Assembly (NCBI RefSeq): GCF_011386835.1
Contig: NC_088794.1
Coordinates: forward strand, 133,858,001 to 133,922,000
Length of the DNA stretch: 64,000 nucleotides
Direction: 5' to 3'
Origin: Chrysemys picta bellii
Taxonomy: Eukaryota
This document shows positions 49,526-61,912 of the stretch, piece by piece (within the stretch, counting starts at the first letter, position 1; every line of letters begins with the position of its first letter). Under the pieces are notes generated by a model. The model was not told the DNA's origin and ran no database searches. It saw only the letters and a program-made list of their open reading frames with translations. Made by a program: the position numbers and the translations under genes.

Positions 49526-49761
49526 GAAATAGGGAAACACAAAATTCAGGATAGCCTGAACTTGATGACTTCCTGGGCTCACTGCAGAACTGTTTATTTG
49601 ACAGGATTTTGGGGGAAAGCTGAAGGTATGTTTCTGGAATAGTGGATAGTTTCTTTGGTATTCTGGCTGGCTGAGTTAATTTGTTTCCTTCCATTTGATT
49701 GCTTAATGCTGCTGCTGCTGCATTGAGTCTGTTATTCATATATGAACTTAATACTGCTAAG

Positions 49762-50129
49762 CATAGGCGCTGACTCTGTGGGTGCTCTGGGGTTGGAGCA
49801 GCCATGGGGAAAAATTAGCGGGTGCTCAACACCTACCAGCAGCCAAGCTCCTCGCCTCCTTCCCTTCCCCGAGCGCACTCCGTTCCCGCTCCTCCTCCGC
49901 CATTCCCCCCCCCCCCCCCCGCTGCCTAACAGCTGTTTGATGCTTAGGACTTTCCGGAAGGGAGGGGAAGGAGCGGGGACGCGGCGCGCTCAGGGGAGGA
50001 AGCGGAGAAGAGGTGCGGCAGGGACTTGGGGAAAGGGGGTGGAATTGGGGCGGGGCAAGGATAGTGCAGGGGTGAGGTCGGGGTGGGGGGTCGAGCACCA
50101 ACCGGGCAGAGTGGAAGTCAGCGCCTATG
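49762..50129. mobile_element. hAT MITE
   Basis: TIRs cataggcgctgact / agtcagcgcctatg; TSD ctgctaag / ctgctgag. Confidence 0.9.
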
Positions 50130-50496
50130 CTGCTGAGTGATCATTATGAAATTGTAAAACTAACCATCAAGGCAACTAGAGCTTTTTGTTTAGATCTATT
50201 ATGCTATTTTTAAATCTAAATTAATAATATAAAACCATTTTATTTTCTCTTTTAAAATAAAAGATACCCTCTTTGAATCAAGCAGCTCTTTGACAAGACC
50301 ATAGGCTACTCTTGTTTATGATCAAATTCCCTTTGTTCTGTGTATTGTACTTAATTTAATGGATCAGCAGGAGAACTAACATTCCAAATAGGGACAACAA
50401 ATTACAGAAGCAGATGTGTCCCTAGCCTCTTCCTGATTTAATCCTGCAAATATTCATGCAGCTGTACTTACTCATATCTAACAATACTGAAATTGC

Positions 50497-50672
50497 ATAA
50501 GAACATAATGGCCATACTGGTTCAGTCCAGTGGTCCATCTAGCCCAGTATCCTGTTTTCCAACAGTGACCAATGCCAAGTGCTTCAGAGGGAATGAACAG
50601 AACAGGCAATCAAGTGATTGCCCTGTTGTCCATTCCCAGTTTCTGGCAAAGAGAGCTTAGGGATACTGAGAG
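50497..50672 (-). mobile_element. CR1 3' UTR-type fragment (or SINE sharing that tail)
   Basis: cataagaacataatggccatactgg...ccatctagcccagtatcctg is the reverse of the tail at 49460-49525. Confidence 0.75.
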
Positions 50673-50775
50673 CATTTGGTTGAATAATTTCGCTAAATAT
50701 TTTAAACAGATTTTCTCAGCAGCATATTGAGGGAGGGAGAGTGTTTTAATGATTATTGTATTTTTTTTTATAAAG

Positions 50776-51027
50776 ACTGGTAAATCTGCAACAGACAGAC
50801 CTTTGTTGGCAGCACAACAAAATGAGACTGGTTTAGTACATTGGGGACCTGGAATGCCAAATGGACCTGGAAGACCCAGACGACCTAAAAGACGTGGCCG
50901 ACCGAGGATGACTGGAAGATCAATGTGTTCAGGAAGACTTAATAGACCTGGTCGGTCCCCTTCTAAGTCGCTTAGTAATGTGTCAACAGAACACATCATA
51001 TTTAGAAGAAAAGCTGGACTAAAAGAG
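50776..51027 (+). CDS. ZNF839: ZNF839 coding exon 3 (TGKSAT...KRRGRPR...KAGLKE)
   Basis: 252 nt, phase 0/0, AG/GT; ends KAGLKE like human KARLKE. Confidence 0.85.
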
Positions 51028-51827
51028 GTATGGTTCCCTTCTACAACTATTTCATATGTACCTTTTTTCCTTGCCTGCTGCCAAAATCTGATAAATTTAA
51101 TCAAAATGTAGTGAGGATGTGCTCTCCAAGGAGCTGCTGTATGTTTGACATATAGCTAGACATGTATGTGCATAAATGAGGAGGCCTGGGGGTTATTTAA
51201 ATACCAAAGTAAAATTTTATATAAGTTTTTAAGCAAAACATATAAATCAAGTTATTGGTAAAAGATATAGATTTTTTTTTAGAAACTGGCCCTGTGGATA
51301 ATAGTTATTGGCCTCTTAGTAGTTTGATGCACTCTTGGCTCTGTTTTGGGGGAAAATAATTAGTACTGCCACTGCTACTATGTGTCTCTATTAATATATA
51401 AAAATTATGTATAATAAAAAGGAGTCCATCTTTTTCTAAAAATATTTTTCTTACAATCTAAGTAATTGTCATGTTTTTCTGAGCTTCCTGCACATTACTG
51501 TGGTTTGAGCTTATGGTTGTGCTTATTTGCTTAATTCATTAAGATCTACTTTTCTTTTCATATGAGTACACAATTGTTACTGAGACTGATCATTAACTGC
51601 TTGTGTTGAAAGACTGGACCATACTCTTCTTAACTTTTCTGGTCAGATCTTTAAATTTAGATTTATTCTTAAAGCCACTTAATTTTATTGATCCTGTAAA
51701 GGAAAGTGAATTGGTCCTTACCACGTGCCATTTCTTTGATAGTGACTATTGTGTCCTATAGTGCAGAACTGAGATTTTTTACATTATGAATTAAGGGATG
51801 ATTAGCATATATTGGGTCCCCCCCTAA

Positions 51828-52019
<192 letters not shown>

Positions 52020-52299
52020 TAATCTTAGTTCGATGTTAGACATATGAAGGCTGAAGACATTTTAGAGTTCACCCTTGAGTCTCATGTAGTCAAAGGTTGA
52101 TAGTTTGCCAGATTATACTTTTAATTTTTGCTGCCTGCTTCATCAGTGTTATTTCTGAAGATTCCACAGTCCTTTCTTTTCTGGACTGATTGGTAAGGTT
52201 AATAAAATGAGGATTGAAAAAAGTGGTAGGCAAAACAAATCTATATGTTGCTGATCGAATTAGATTTCATATTTAATATTCTTGCTTATTTCCATTTAG

Positions 52300-52452
52300 G
52301 TTGAAAAAGGTTACCCAGCAAAAGCCTTTTTTCCAGATGTTTATAGAGAATTTGAAGAGTTACATAATATGGTAAAGAAAATGTCTCAAGACCATTTCAG
52401 TAATTCTGATTTTCTGAGTTATCAGCAGCCTGTGGAAATAAAAGATCCCAAG
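52300..52452 (+). CDS. ZNF839: ZNF839 coding exon 5 (VEKGYPAKAFFPDVYREFEELH...)
   Basis: 153 nt, AG/GT. Confidence 0.95.
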
Positions 52453-54342
52453 GTAAGAGGACACATTTTGGAGGGGGGTTCTTTGGGGATGTTCAACAAT
52501 GTTTTTCTCTCTTGCTAAGCAGTATATAGCATAAGTGAACAGAAAAACAACTTCCTGGTAAGAGAAAATGGAGATAAAGTGTAAACTGAAGAACACATAC
52601 CAAAAGATTAAACAATATTTATCTTTTGGAATTTGATTAGTAATAGAAAATATTTGATTAAACCACAGCCTTAGTTGATAGCTGACTACAAAATGCAAAT
52701 CAAAACCCCAGGTGCTTAGAATAGTGTGAAGCTATGCTTTGCTGCCCAGGGGTACTTTGGTGACTCAACATAATCTCTGATGGACAGTAGCATTAACAGA
52801 ATCCCATCCCATGTTTGGCTAGAAAGGAAGTGGCCACCACATGAGGACCTTGGGGATGAGCTAAAATAAGTGGTATTTGAGGATCTGACAGAGATGCAAA
52901 GAGCCCCCTGCAGACAAATCCATTATATTTGCCAAAGTTTATTTTCTAGTAAACATTACAGTTTAAAGATACCCTATAATTGAACCATTTGAAAATTTAT
53001 TTATTTTTAATATTTCAATGAAAGTATAAATTCAGCAAGCTCATTAACAGAACATAATCAAACTGAGGCATGTAACACAACAAAGATTAGTTCTTTAATA
53101 GCTTTTTCAGTTTTTAATGCTTGTTTGTGCAGATCATAATACAAATTTGTGCTGGGGTAAAGAGTTCAATTTTTCCAGACACTACTCCACTTCTTAGCAT
53201 TGGGTGAGAGAGACCGTTATATTGGAATCTCTCACATCTCTTACAGTTTCTGATGCTTGGGATGAAATGACTCTCTCCAAGTAATGGTGTATCACTGTCG
53301 AATTTTCAGTAGTGAATAACACAATATTTTGTACATATTACTGCTAGCAAAACTTTTAAAGTGCAAACAACATGATCAGTATTTAACAAGGCACAAAAGA
53401 CAGTCTCTGCTCCAAAGATCTTAATTTGAGTGAGATGGAGAGAAGACAGGACAAACTGGAAAATCCAGGGGAGGAAGGGAAGAGAGGAAATCGTATTTCA
53501 CAGATAGAATAATCCTGGGTAAAAATGAAATACAATATGTAGTTTTGGCACTGGCTAATCGAATATTTGTTTTTCAGAATAAATCATGGCAGAATCATAA
53601 TATATACCAAAAGTTTGCCTTGTATTACTATTACATGTGTTCATCTGACTTTATCTCGTGTAACTGCTCAATCATGATGTTTCTTCTATGGAGAAATGAA
53701 ATTGCGCCAGTTTAAAGGGACACTGTCAAGGTTGGTAGGCCCAAAATTTGACCTACCTTTTTTTGCTGCTCTTTGCAAAGTCCATGTATAATTCTTTGAT
53801 TTTTTTTAACACATGTTGTAATGTGCTTATTTAAAAAAAAAAAGTCCAGCATTCATGAGAAACCCTATACTAACAAACCAATGCGTGCACAAAATAGAGC
53901 AAAAATTGGTAAGAGAATGTGTACCGAGTCTGAAGATATAAAGGGATTTAAAAAAAAAAGAGAGAGAGAGAGACTGGGAGAACTTCTTTAAGTCATGAAC
54001 AACCTTTATAGTGTCCTTTGTTAAACTCTGCTGTACAGTAACTTACTCGGGACCTGTGCGCCATATTCCCTACATTCCTAGTTCTTGCTCTAAGCTTGAT
54101 TTTTTTTTCTTGATTTTTACTTTTAGTTATTATATAGGAGATGCTTAATTTGAATGGAGGCTAATTGTAGAAGTTATTGTAGTCTAAAATAGCTTGAGAA
54201 GCTGTATATATGTTTTCTCTGATAGAATGGACCCCAGTGTTGAATGTCTTTCTAGATCAGTTTTAGAAACGTATTTGACTATATAAATATTAGGTGTAGG
54301 AGAAACCACACTTATATTCTGTCATCCCTAATTATTTTATAG

Positions 54343-54483
54343 GTTGCTGAATCACTAGGAATTACAGAGAAGCTTCTTGGAAAACAAAAGATACAAGCTA
54401 TAGACTCTTCCACACAATGTGTAATTAAAACAGTTGGTGAGCAGATGTTTACAGAGATATCAGGGAAAAAACGAGCAAATGAG
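54343..54483 (+). CDS. ZNF839: ZNF839 coding exon 6 (VAESLGITEK...GKKRANE)
   Basis: 141 nt, AG/GT. Confidence 0.92.
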
Positions 54484-54739
54484 GTACAGAATAATTGTGA
54501 ATTTAATATATAAACAAGTTAAAGCTGCTTAAAATATGGTAATATAATTTATTTCTTGAATATTCACAACTGTGTTACCTGACTTCTATTAAAGTGATGT
54601 TTCCAGATGTAACAGAGTTTTGAGTCAGTAACACTGAAATATCTTATTGGAGGGTACTTCTTTAAGAAAAGATATCAAAATTAGCTAGGTAAAGAGCTTT
54701 GCTTTTCAGTGTGTTTGCCCTCACTCCCTCATTAAGGAT

Positions 54740-55261
54740 GTGCTACTCCGGGGGACTGGATTCAGCTGCTCCCCTCCCCGACCCTCCTGCCCAGCTTCAT
54801 CTGTGGGACTCCGGGGGTGGGCTTCAGCCCCCTCCCTGCTCTGGTGTTGGGCTCTGGGCTTCAGCCCCCTCCTCCACTGTACCCATGGGGCTCTGGCTCT
54901 GGGCTTCAGCCCAGGGCAGTGGTACTTCAGCAGGGCTGGCCTTACCGGGAGTTGTGGTCGAGAGGAGGAGTGGAATGAACCTGGGGTGCGAGGCTGTGGA
55001 AGGGAGCTTGGGGCAATGGGGGGAAGTGGGGGGAAACAGCAAGGTCTGGGGACGCTGGGGGGCCAGGAGGCTCCACGGGGGGGCAGGGGAGGCAGCAAAA
55101 AAACCTACATAAATTGCAATGGTTTGGACATGTATGTGTATATTTATTTGTTTTTCCTAAAGATTATTAAGTATTTTAGGAAAATTTGTCAGAGCGGCTA
55201 CCACCAGCAAGAGTTCATGGGCGCACTCTGAGGCCACCAAACATTTTGTTGAGAACCCCTG
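54740..55261. mobile_element. hAT MITE, one end missing
   Basis: Right TIR gttgagaacccctg followed by gtctaaag; GC-rich body; left TIR not found. Confidence 0.65.
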
Positions 55262-55591
55262 GTCTAAAGTGGGATCTGGCAGGCTGACATGAAGTATCAT
55301 GCTATTGGAAGAGAACAGTAGCTTGGGTTGAAAAAGGTGGACTGTCCATCATGCAAATTTAAGTAATGGGGGAGAAGTGAATGCTGCAGTTAATTAGGTG
55401 ACTAACAGTGGTGAGTGAAACCAGCCCATTTGTTTCTGAGAGGATCAGATTAGCATATTTAATCTGTTGCCTGTGGCTATAGCAGTGAGCAGATAGTTTC
55501 CTCTCTTCTGATGGCAGCCTCAATTCAGGCTTGGTCTACTCTATACCACAGAGTTTGGTCGATGTAAGGCAGCTTATGCTGACCTAATTAT

Positions 55592-55858
55592 AAAAAGAAG
55601 ACCCGGAGTACTTGTGGCACCTTAGAGACTAACAAATTTATTAGAGCATAAGCTTTCGTGGACTACAGCCCACTTCTTCGGATGCATCCGAAGAAGTGGG
55701 CTGTAGTCCACGAAAGCTTATGCTCTAATAAATCCGAAGAAGTGGGCTGTAGTCCACGAAAGCTTATGCTCTAATAAATTTGTTAGTCTCTAAGGTGCCA
55801 CAAGTACTCCGGTTCTTCTTTTTGCGGATACAGACTAACACGGCTGCTACTCTGAAAC
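55592..55858 (+). mobile_element. Penelope-like palindromic insertion with 46-bp tandem duplication
   Basis: 13-bp TSD ctgacctaattat (55579-55591, 55859-55871); palindrome centre 55684/55685; unit 55686-55731 repeated at 55732-55777. Confidence 0.78.
55684..55769 (+). ncRNA. Tandem pair of minimal hammerhead ribozyme motifs
   Basis: Two CCGAAGA-stem II-GAAAGCUU|AUGC units 46 nt apart; predicted cleavage sites 55719/55720 and 55765/55766. Confidence 0.65.
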
Positions 55859-56700
55859 CTGACCTAATTATGTCAGTTTCTATGCTAGAATGCTGCTTCT
55901 GCCCAAGTAAGTGGCCTGCTACACCAACATAACAGCTCCACCTCATGAGAGGTGTAGCACTTCTGTTGGTGTAGTTAGGGTCACAGTGTCCATGCAGATG
56001 CTGTTACTTACATCACCTCTTGGCTGTTATTCTGTCAGCAGCACCTGCTTATAACTTGAAGCCGTGAAATTGACAAGAATGTCAATTTCACTGCTGGTAG
56101 TCTTGGTTTTGTGAAATTGAGCCTGGCCAATTTCTTGTCTCCAGCTGTGAGCCTTCCCCAGTGCTGAGCCCCCAGGGTTCTCAGAGCACTACAGCTCTGA
56201 GTCAGAGACAATAACAGCCGTGAAATAGACAATGTCAATTTCACTGCTAGTAGGCTCCATGCTGTGAAATTGAACCAGTTGGACTCACAGCTGGGGCTGT
56301 TACCCTGAGGCCGGGGCTCCAGTGTGAGCCCCAGTGGCTGTCAGTGTGCCATGCTTGGCTGTCAGTGCCCGCAATGCCCCACTTTAGTCGATGCAAGCAC
56401 TTCTGGTGAGGATGTGCTCCACTGGCAGAAGGAGGGCAATGTGGACACCAACAGCCGACTGAATTACCCTGGTGGCCGTAGGTCGACCTAAATTAAGTCG
56501 ACCTAATTTTGTAGTGTAGACGAGCCCTCAGAGCTGCCTTTAGAGAGGATTGATGGCAACATCTTCCCTTTTTTCTGCCTCTGCTTAAACTTGTAACCTT
56601 GTCAGCCTTCCCACCCCCACTCTCACTTCTCATGGCAGGGAGTTCACTACCCTTTACTGAAGCTGGAGAGGGGAGGGAGGAGAGATTTTCTTCTATAGTA

Positions 56701-56761
56701 AAAAGAACAGGAGTACTTGTGGCACCTTAGAGACTAACAAATTTGAATACTCTGAAACCTG
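56701..56761. mobile_element. Collapsed Penelope-like remnant
   Basis: Left arm start fused to tail ctctgaaacctg; 12-bp TSD tcttctatagta (56689-56700, 56762-56773). Confidence 0.75.
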
Positions 56762-57055
56762 TCTTCTATAGTAGGTATTCCTTGTGTGAGCTGTGTCAGA
56801 TCTTACTAGTGAGACTTCTCTCAGACCCATCCCTCAAATTGTGAAGCAAGGCCAGGTTTATTAAAACAGACATCAAAACTAAGACAAGAAAACATCTTTT
56901 AAAAAGTTCTAGATTGTGTTTAGAATTTTTTTAAGGGCCCCCTAGCTTTGAAAAACTGTTGTAGGTGGGAGTAATGTTATACTTAGTACTGGAAAAGATC
57001 ACAAATTGTCTATTTCTGCAAGTGATCTAAAACCTGCTAGTTTTTGTATTGACAG

Positions 57056-57194
57056 AGTTCATATGAAGAACTGTTGCCATCAGCTAAAAGGACCAGAGTA
57101 GAAGGCATATTGGAGAATGTGGAAAATGTTTATGCTAGCCAAAATGGAGAAGAGGAAAAGAGCTGGAACTTGTCTACACTGACTACAAAAGACG
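57056..57194 (+). CDS. ZNF839: ZNF839 coding exon 7 (SSYEELLPSAKRTRVE...TTKD)
   Basis: 139 nt, AG/GT, phase 0/1; similar to human EEGLASVKRPRRE. Confidence 0.88.
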
Positions 57195-58422
57195 GTAACA
57201 TTTAACTTCTAACTTACCAACTCTGTTCTGTTTTGGTGCAGTTCAGTTAATTCCATTATCTTGTGTTGTCTCTAAAGATGTCATGACCATGCCTTCAACT
57301 TAGTCTTGCACTTGTTTCTGTAGGTCCTTAAATGATAGTTTAGCTGAGAAGTCTGAGTTAAGAATATTATTTATTTGTATTATCATAGTGTCTAGGAGCC
57401 CCTATCATGGACTAGGACCCCATTGTACTAGGGACTGTACAAACACAGAAAAGACAGAACATGGGGCTGGTCAGAGTGTAGATAAAATCAGTGTAAGAAC
57501 TACACCTTTTTATCCTCTCTTCATATAGCTGTTATTTTGCCACTAGTACAAGCTTCTGTGCTTTTGCTTATTTTTGCCCCTTCTTCCCTTTCACTTTTTT
57601 AGATATTCCTTGTTCCTCCTTTAAAGTATCCCTTACAAGACCACATTCCTCTTATTTCATTTACAAGAGGATTTTCTGCTGTACTTCCATTTATTTAAAA
57701 AGTCAAGAAAGAAACAGTATCTGATTCATTAGCACCTCCACTAAGGTTTGTGCTAGTTTAAGGTGCAGCTCCACTTTAAAACCTGACCATATAAAAATGG
57801 CACTTTCTTACCTGACAGGTCTCCTATGTAATCAATATCTTAATGACAAAAACAAGTTTTGACTCTTGTTAACCATGAAGAGGAAACAGCTAAAATTGAA
57901 TGAGTTGGCATATCAGTGTTTGTTACTGAGTTTGATTTTTTTACTAAGGTCCAATCGACAATACCAGTGAAAACCTACTAAAGGTAACAAAGTTGCACAG
58001 GTGCCAGAAGGGGCATAATTTGGCCTGCTGTTGTATCTCTTATTACTAGTGACATGCATGATGGAAAGAACCCAGCATATCTTTGATCCTGTTTTCAGGA
58101 TTATGACACAAAAACCCATCACCACCCTTTTCTGATAAACTAAGGTCATTTGATATGGAGCCATTGGGAGAATAAATATGGAACCTACCGGAGCTACTTC
58201 TAGAGCCTGAGTAGAAGTATACTTCAGACTCCTTGGAAAAGTATAATTTTTGTACCATTATTCATAGGGCAATAGCATAATTCTGTTCTAAGAATCCAAT
58301 GCTACTTGATGGAGGGAAAACTAGATAAAAATCTTAGAAAGATGCTTGTAGAAAATTACTTTTGAGAGTTCAAAATCATATTGTTGTACAACATGCTGTA
58401 ACATTTTTTCCCAACTGTTCAG

Positions 58423-59417
58423 GTTTTAATCCACTAAATGGGATGGTTGTGTTCTCCAAAGACAGAGGTATTACTCCTTGCATAACTGGAAGTGCAAAGC
58501 ATACTGGGGAGCAACACAAATCACTTGATTTAGAAGCTAGAACTAACACTGAAAATTCAGATATCCTTCAGTCCATGAAAATGAGAATGGAATGCTCTCA
58601 ACTCATAAGTATACAGGGACCAGATAGTACAAGTAACACATCTCCACCATGTACTGAAGCATTGTTGCATGCTGAGGCAGATAGCTCACCAGAAGAATTT
58701 GTTCAAGCACACTTTGTAAACGAGAACACAGCAGGTAGACTGACAAGTTCTGAATTTTGTAGCTCCATGGTATCAGAAGATGTGATTGATAATCAGAGTA
58801 CCAACTTGTCAATGAATAAAGGAACTGATCATAATGGAAAATATCAGAAACTTCAGCAAGATGAAGAAAACCAGAGTTACACTATTACCAGTGAACAGTC
58901 TGAACAACTTAATGATGCTGATATTGCTGATCAGATGCAGCAGCTTGAAAAAGTCTTTTCAACAAACATTGTGCCAGTAGACCATTCTTACAAGACTCAA
59001 ACTGACCCACATCAGAATCCTGTACAGGAAACCTCCATATCCACTCGGGAGAATCTTGAAAGTCCAATTAAAAACTTGAATGAATTCTCTTGTGGGCTAG
59101 AGGAACAACATGCTGGACAACATGAGCTAGAGAATGCAGTTACTGTAGGTGAAACTGTAGCCTTTGAGATTGCTGATGAGAGCCATGAATTCTTGTCCCA
59201 GGGACAGGAACAGATCTTTATTCAGACTGCAGATGGGCTTATTCTATCTCATCCAGGTACTGCTGTTCTGTCTCAAGCAGAAGGCATTGTGATTGTAACT
59301 AATGCTGATGGTACTACAATGCACATTCGCACCCCTGAGGGGGTTCCTTTGGAAACTGTGGAAGCACTACTGGCAATGGAAGCAGATGGCCAAAGTGAAG
59401 ATATTTTGCTCTCATAA
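58423..59417 (+). CDS. ZNF839: ZNF839 terminal coding exon
   Basis: Acceptor ctgttcag, phase 1; ELENAVTVGETVAFEI and QIFIQTADGLILS match human; stop TAA at 59415-59417. Confidence 0.93.
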
Positions 59418-59812
59418 AGTGAAGTGGAGCCATAAATATAAAAACCTGTTTTATTTATACATGCTTTCTTCTGGAAAAGACTGATCATATCAAATGTATA
59501 TTTTTCTAATGTGAATATTGAAATTAACTTATTTGTAAACATTTCTATGACCTGTACTTTTTTATAACTTATGTTTATATTAGCTGTATTGCAACCAAAA
59601 ATTCTAAGGAATGACTTTTGATTCAACTTGTGCTCTTAATTGAGTTTATGTGAGGGGATGTGTGTGGATACCTGTCAACCCTAGTTTTGATGCACTATTA
59701 CCTTTTTTATTATATATTAGTTTTACTCTTTGGCCAACAGAAATGCAATATAATGTGTTGCACTGCCTGTTGTCAGTGCTATGCTGTATACTGGCAACCT
59801 GTATATGGGCAA

Positions 59813-59818
59813 AATAAA
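59813..59818 (+). terminator. Candidate polyadenylation signal of ZNF839
   Basis: AATAAA followed by ATTAAA (59822-59827) about 400 nt after the stop; usage not shown. Confidence 0.45.
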
Positions 59819-60689
59819 AACATTAAAAGGAGCTGTATTTTCTATGTATTAGAGGTTTTATCTTACCTGTATTAGTGTTTTATCTTAATTGCAGCTAGTT
59901 GAATATTCAAGTTATTTTATTAGTGCACGTGACTTGTCACACAAATGTATAACTGGAAAAATAAGTTATTAGCATTTCAGTATTCCAAGTAAACTTTCAT
60001 TTTTCAAAAATGATACTGTGAAAAGTGACAGTACAAACTCCCAGATCACAACACAGATCAGCATGGGCTACTATCTACTCTTGACTTCTGCAAGATAGCA
60101 TGCAAAGATACCAGTCCTGTAGAACCCCAAAGCATTATCTGATTCCTACTAGCATTCTGAAGAGTATCTGACCAGGTTTGTTTAAGATGCAAGGTAAAGT
60201 CAAACAGTGCTGATGCTGTATGACAACCACTTGTGAGATGCTTATCTGAACATTAATCTGCATTTTTTTATATGATAGCAAGTGTCTTTTCTTAAATTCC
60301 TTCCTCTCACAGGCTCCTCTCCATCTTTGATAGAGCCTTGTCTAAGACCCCATCTTTTTGGCCAAGCAGAAGCACCATCTTTCAGAGCCTGTCACTATTA
60401 AGTAAGCTTTACTCTTGCTAATCACAAAGCAGACCTCTACCCTTAGATCAGCCCAGTCTTCTTCATATTTTAAAAAGTTTTTCTCATAGACATAGCACTG
60501 AGTTTTAACCTCTTATCTAAGCAAGGTAAGGGAGAAGCTAGTAAAAAAAAGTTTCTGCTGCCCATTAGCTGCTAGTATCTTCGATCTCGCTGGCAGGCTT
60601 CAGAACATAACATGGTACTGACATACCATTAAATTTAATGCTCTGGTGGATGACCACCACCTGTCTAGACAATAGAAGTACATTCATAC

Positions 60690-61468
60690 TCATAGATGGA
60701 CATAGGAGACGGAAGTGTTGAGAGTTTCTGGGTTAGGCTAAAGGGGGTAAAAAACAAGGGTGATGTCATGCTAGGAGTCTACTACAGGCCACCTAACCAG
60801 GTGGATGAGGCTTTTTTTAAACAACTAACAAAATCATCCAAAGACCAAGATTTGGTGGTGATGGGGGACTTCAACTATCCGGATATATGTTGGGAAAATA
60901 ACACAGCGGGGCACAGACTATCCAACAAATTCTTGGACTGCATTGCAGACAACTTTTTTATTTCAGAAGGTTGAAAAAGCTACTGGGGGGAAGCTGTTCT
61001 AGACTTGATTTTAACAAATAGGGAGGAACTCGTTGAGAATTTGAAAGTAGAAGGCAGTTTGGGTGAAAGTGATCATGGAATCATAGAGTTTGCAATTCTA
61101 AGGAAGGGTAGAAGGGAGAACAGCAAAATAGAGACAATGGATTTCAGGAAGACAGATTTTGGTAAGCTCAGAGAGCTGATAGGTAAGGTCCCATGGGAAT
61201 CAAGACTGAGGGGAAAAACAACTGAGGAGAGTTGGCAGTTTTTCAAAGGGACACTATTAAGGGCCCAAAAGCAAGCTAGAAAATGTGGCAAAAGACCACC
61301 TTGGCTTAACCACGAGATCTTGCATGATCTAAAAAATAAAAAGGAGTCATAAAAATGGAAACTAGGACAGATTACAAAGGATGAATATAGGCAAACAACA
61401 CAGGAATGCAGGGGCAAGATTAGAAAGGCAAAGACACAAAATGAGCTCAAACTAGCTACAGGAATAAA
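60690..61468 (+). mobile_element. CR1 ORF2 endonuclease-region fragment
   Basis: [10 protein letters not shown]...GVYYRPPNQ...[14 protein letters not shown] and LGESDH motifs, with frameshifts. Confidence 0.9.
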
Positions 61469-61912
61469 GTTAGGAAGTTTTTCCTAATGTCCAACCTAAA
61501 CCACCCTTGCTGCAATTTAAGCCCATTGCTTCTTGTCCTATCCTCAGAAGTTAAGAGCAACAATTTTTCTCCCTCCTCCTTGTAACAACCTTTTATGTAC
61601 TTGAAAACTGTTATGACCCGTCTTCTCTTTTCAAGACTAAACAAACCCAATTTTTTTGATCTTCCCTCATAGGACATGTTTTCTAGACCTTTAATCATTT
61701 TTGCTGCTCTTCTCTAGACTTTCCAATTTGTCCACATCTTTCATGAAATGTGGTGCCCAGAACTGGACACAATACTCCAGTTGAGGCCTAATCAGTGTGG
61801 TGTAGAGCGGAAAAATTACTTCTCGTGTTTTGTTTACAACACTCCTGCTAATATATCCCAGAATGATGTTTGCTTTTTTTGCAACAGTGTTACTCTATTG
61901 ACTCATATTTAA
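61469..61912 (-). mobile_element. CR1 ORF2 C-terminal fragment, opposite orientation
   Basis: [13 protein letters not shown]...[16 protein letters not shown] on minus strand. Confidence 0.9.

Larger units (their letters stand above)
55528..56527. mobile_element. PIF/Harbinger-like MITE hosting a Penelope-like insertion
   Basis: Ends ggcttggtctac / gtagacgagccc, TCA on both sides. Confidence 0.6.

Noticed and set aside
57913-58258. Short minus-strand ORFs in ZNF839 intron 7
   Set aside because: No homology recognised and no consistent splice signals.
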